Positions 34,971-37,218 of a DNA stretch of 37,218 nucleotides are shown piece after piece. Origin of the DNA: Patescibacteria group bacterium (GTDB lineage: Bacteria; Patescibacteriota; Patescibacteriia; SG8-24; DYFX01); contig JBAZZB010000003.1 in the NCBI GenBank assembly GCA_041659045.1, positions 94,212 through 131,429 on the forward strand, in the 5' to 3' direction. The notes under the pieces are model-generated. The model saw only the letters and a list, made by a program, of their open reading frames with translations, was not told the DNA's origin and ran no database searches. The first letter of the stretch is position 1; each line of letters starts with the position of its first letter. A program made the translations under genes and the position numbers.

Positions 34971-35306
34971 GTCTTTGTCGGCACGGGGAACTCTAGTCGT
35001 TTTTGCCCGAAGTGGCAAGGGTCTTTGGAAATTCAAAGGCTCCGCGGCGGAAGGCATGATTTGGCGAGTGAAGTCATGTGGGCTCCCCAACCGGGGTTGG
35101 GGCGGCATCGGAAGACGGGCTCTTGAGAATCCCTAATGGGCTGCCCAAGAGGCGTCTTCTTCCGCTCTTACCGCTGAAGCCGTCGGCCTAGTCGCCACAG
35201 CGACAGGTCTCTTCGGCCACTCTGCCAAATGATTGTCCCAAAACATGTTCTTCCGAGCACGGAGCCATAGGTATTCTACCAACCCATCGGCGACCGTTCA
35301 AGGAAC
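34971..35306 (-). other. Hairpin-dense non-coding tract between a terminator and tRNA-Pro; candidate structured RNA, unclassified
   Basis: I found no credible ORF. Hairpins lie at 35003-35018, 35021-35040, 35085-35102 and 35191-35204. A nested long stem lies at 35111-35159 (gaagacg..ctcttg / caagag..cgtcttc). Confidence 0.35.
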
Positions 35307-35330
35307 AAAAAAGAGACCAGGAATGGTCTC
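35307..35330 (-). terminator. Rho-independent terminator of the 53-aa ORF
   Basis: On the minus strand gagacca-ttcc-tggtctc is followed by tttttt. Confidence 0.7.
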
Positions 35331-35490
35331 AGCGGAGGCGGCGGGCGATGGCGGCATTGGCCGAGCGCTGATCTTCGCTCACAGGACTTCCCTTGAGGGG
35401 ATCGTGTGCGGGCAGCCGGGGGATGTCAGCGGTCGGTTCGTCAGCCGTGGGCAGAGCGGTTGGAGCTTGAGTGTCGGCGTGGTCGGCCAT
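35329..35490 (-). CDS. Small hypothetical protein (53 aa), acidic and Pro/Ala-rich
   Basis: ATG at 35490 with GAGGAAG upstream, and a terminator at the stop. Sequence MADHADTQAPTALPTADEPTADIPRLPAHDPLKG.. Confidence 0.4.
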   Translation of the reverse strand: MADHADTQAPTALPTADEPTADIPRLPAHDPLKGSPVSEDQRSANAAIARRLR

Positions 35491-35516
35491 GAACTTCCTC
35501 GTGCGTAACGACGCAA

Positions 35517-35545
35517 CAAAAAAGAGCCTATCAACGACAGGCTCT
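35517..35545 (-). terminator. Rho-independent terminator of ndk
   Basis: On the minus strand agagcct-gtcgttgat-aggctct is followed by tttttt. Confidence 0.65.
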
Positions 35546-35563
35546 TTCGTCAACGCTCGCGCG

Positions 35564-36061
35564 TTACTTGTTGATCGTGAACTTGGTGTAGGACGGATCG
35601 TGCGCGACGAGCTCTTCGGCTTTGAACCAAACGCCGAGCTCGACTTCCGCTTCTTCCGGAGAACCGGAGGCGTGGATGAGGTTGAAGACGCCGATCTGCT
35701 TTTCGTCGGCGTACTTGAACGAGACGTGGGCGTAGTCGCCGCGAATCGTGCCGGGCGCGGCGGACTTCGGTTCAGTGGCGCCGATCATCTTGCGAACGAC
35801 TTCGACCATCTCGATGCCTTCGAGCGCGATCGCGAGGATCGGGCCGGAGGTGAGCATCTCGACCATCAGCTGGCGGACCTTTTCGCCGCGGCGCTGCGCG
35901 AGGTCGTCGGTGTAGTGCTTCATGGCCGTGTCCTTTTCGGAGACGAGCAGCTTCATACCGACGAGCTTGGCGCCGACACGTTCGAAACGCGTGACGATTT
36001 CGCCGACGATGCCGCGGTCGAGCGCGTCGGGCTTGAGGAGGATGAGAGAGCGTTGGATCAT
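35564..36061 (-). CDS. ndk: Nucleoside diphosphate kinase
   Basis: MIQRSLILLKPDALDRGIVGEIVTRFERVGAKLVGMK and TIRGDY..NLIHAS. The start was trimmed to the ATG at 36061. Confidence 0.85.
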   Translation of the reverse strand: MIQRSLILLKPDALDRGIVGEIVTRFERVGAKLVGMKLLVSEKDTAMKHYTDDLAQRRGEKVRQLMVEMLTSGPILAIALEGIEMVEVVRKMIGATEPKSAAPGTIRGDYAHVSFKYADEKQIGVFNLIHASGSPEEAEVELGVWFKAEELVAHDPSYTKFTINK

Positions 36062-36169
36062 AGGGTGATCAATTTGATGCCGGCAGCGTACCGAAAGGCC
36101 ACTCACTTGGCAAGACGGCGGCGGCCAAGCGATTGAGAGTGCCAGCCTCAAAATCTCCGTTCAGCAACT

Positions 36170-36197
36170 AAAACCCGACCTGCACAGGTCGGGTTTT
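36170..36197 (-). terminator. Rho-independent terminator after the 36253..36660 gene; symmetrical
   Basis: cccgacct-gcac-aggtcggg flanked by aaaa and tttt. Confidence 0.65.
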
Positions 36198-36252
36198 AGT
36201 GCTTTGCCACGTGAGCATGAATTGCCGTCTTCCACCCCCCCCAGAAAAACCA

Positions 36253-36660
36253 TTACTTGTTACGAGCCTTATACATATCGCGAAGTCCACACATCATGAT
36301 TCCGATAAGATTACCGATGAAAAAGATGACGAAATACGCCAAGCTCAGCATCAGCGCGTCGTATATATCGTGCCCCTCAACGACGTTGTTGGTGATAAGA
36401 ATGAGTAGGATGACGAGCGTGGAAAAACTTGCGATCGTAAAGATCGTTGTGTGAAAGAATGCCAGAAAAAGACTCGTGGAAAATGTCCCGTTTTTTTGCA
36501 TGCCGCTCATCATGATTCCCGTCAAAATAACGTACGCAAAGAATTGCCAACTCCCAAAAGAGAAAAAAACTTGCACAATAAAATACGCGGCCATGAAGAG
36601 CAGAAACAGGATGGCCGTCTTTTTCATGAGAGCATTGAATCGCATGGGCATATGCTGCAT
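36253..36660 (-). CDS. Hypothetical 4-TM membrane protein in a low-G+C segment
   Basis: Four hydrophobic helices (AILFLLFMAAYFIVQVFF, FFAYVILTGIMMSG, LFLAFFHTTIFTIASF..LILLILI, LAYFVIFFIGNLIGIMM). Confidence 0.6.
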   Translation of the reverse strand: MQHMPMRFNALMKKTAILFLLFMAAYFIVQVFFSFGSWQFFAYVILTGIMMSGMQKNGTFSTSLFLAFFHTTIFTIASFSTLVILLILITNNVVEGHDIYDALMLSLAYFVIFFIGNLIGIMMCGLRDMYKARNK

Positions 36661-36673
36661 ATTATAACAAAGA

Positions 36674-36710
36674 ATAAAATTGGGCCACCGAAAAAATCGT
36701 GAGGCCCAAT
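36674..36710 (-). terminator. Possible terminator after the 36731..37132 gene
   Basis: An 8-bp stem attgggcc/ggcccaat with a large 16-nt loop. A T-run follows on the minus strand. Confidence 0.4.
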
Positions 36711-36730
36711 ATGCGGTTCAACTACTACGG

Positions 36731-37132
36731 CTAGTTGTACACGTAGAAGTTCCGTAGATCCCACCCGCCAACGTATTCCGTGTCCGAACCGGACAGGTAG
36801 AGCGGCGGGAGGCTGGACGAGCAACTACCAGCATGACGAGTACCATAGGTTCCGGCAACTCTTACGCGGAAGTGGCCTGAGTGCCCCGTGTCATACGTAT
36901 AATACCCACACAGGCTTGCAGGAGTGCTGCCGACGTACACCCAAGAGTATCCGTTCCACTCATCAACATAGACGGTGGGCGACTGCACATAGCTGTCCCA
37001 GTACCACACCGTCCCGTACAGGCCGTAGCTGCTGGATTCCCTGGAAATCTCTCCGAGATCTTCTTCCGGATTCTCCATCACACACCCGCACATGACAGAT
37101 AGCAGGACAATGATTCTGAACGCATTCCTCAT
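36731..37132 (-). CDS. Hypothetical secreted or lipoprotein-like protein rich in Tyr, Gly, Ser and Trp
   Basis: Signal-like MRNAFRIIVLLSVMCGC. GGAGGAG lies 7 nt upstream of the ATG at 37132. Confidence 0.55.
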   Translation of the reverse strand: MRNAFRIIVLLSVMCGCVMENPEEDLGEISRESSSYGLYGTVWYWDSYVQSPTVYVDEWNGYSWVYVGSTPASLCGYYTYDTGHSGHFRVRVAGTYGTRHAGSCSSSLPPLYLSGSDTEYVGGWDLRNFYVYN

Positions 37133-37195
37133 CGATTCTCTCCTCCGTAAAAGAACACTCACGAAATTGTGAGTCTGCAAGAAAGTAACATTTCA

Positions 37196-37211
37196 CCCCC
37201 CCCCCCCCCCC
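37196..37211. repeat. Homopolymeric C16 tract (G16 on the gene strand)
   Basis: I counted 16 consecutive C residues, 64-79 nt upstream of the ATG at 37132 and 7 nt from the window end. Confidence 0.9.
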
Positions 37212-37218
37212 AAATAAA

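Noticed and set aside
34244-34984. A 246-aa ORF extending the methyltransferase through 34984. Also the plus-strand ORF 2419-2670 (..GAGLEPATS..).
   Set aside because: The extra N-terminal parts are translations of tRNA genes (tRNA-Pro and the tRNA-fMet mirror) and of a terminator. The real start is at 34831.
34971-35306. Possible identity of the structured tract as RNase P RNA, SRP RNA, tmRNA or a cobalamin riboswitch.
   Set aside because: There are partial look-alikes: GCGGUAAGAGCG, GAAGUCAUGUGGGCUCC on the opposite strand, GGAAGAAGACGCC and GAAGAGACCUGUC. The diagnostic elements are absent or lie on inconsistent strands. These are the RNase P CR-I/CR-V pair, the GGAA tetraloop closed by the SRP helix 8 consensus, and a tRNA-like 3' end. 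I left it unclassified.

Overview
The window is about 37.2 kb of G+C-rich bacterial DNA, and almost all of it is transcribed on the minus strand. Its core (about 13.1-32.7 kb) is a str-S10-spc ribosomal-protein supercluster. Reading the minus strand, the order is rpsL-rpsG-fusA / tuf-rpsJ / rplC-rplD-rplW-rplB-rpsS-rplV-rpsC-rplP-rpmC-rpsQ-rplN-rplX-rplE-rpsZ-rpsH-rplF-rplR-rpsE-rplO-secY / adk-map. No L30 gene lies between rpsE and rplO. The cluster runs into ruvX and recO instead of infA-rpmJ-rpsM.

The flanks are housekeeping genes: an rpoD-like sigma factor, a GT4 glycosyltransferase, a D-Ala-D-Ala carboxypeptidase, scpAB, a YbaK-like deacylase, aspS, asnS, an M50 protease, rpmB, a methyltransferase and ndk. 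There are three tRNAs: Met/Ile2-CAT, initiator fMet-CAT and Pro-GGG.

The interesting part is that the conserved supercluster is interrupted at three junctions, each marked by hairpin plus T-run terminators:
- secY|adk holds a heptad-repeat protein and a presenilin/SPP-type GxGD intramembrane protease. The protease is ATGA-coupled to an adenylate kinase that carries a C-terminal membrane anchor.
- fusA|tuf holds three monocistronic hypothetical genes: two membrane proteins and a protein with a Phd/YefM-like N-domain and a proline-rich tail.
- rpsJ|rplC holds a 329-nt spacer that does not look coding.

Other oddities:
- an orphan gene bracketed by 27-nt direct repeats between aspS and a yecM-like gene
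- a bacterial-type AspRS without the GAD insertion domain
- an initiator tRNA with C33
- a roughly 335-nt hairpin-dense non-coding tract upstream of tRNA-Pro
- a pair of inverted REP-like palindromes
- a low-G+C terminal island ending in a 16-nt poly-C tract

Missing L30, the trimmed AspRS and the compact genes suggest a CPR/Patescibacteria-like or similarly streamlined lineage, but that is inference only. Everything here was done by eye. Hairpin and promoter coordinates are hand-counted and may be off by 1-2 nt. No database search was run.
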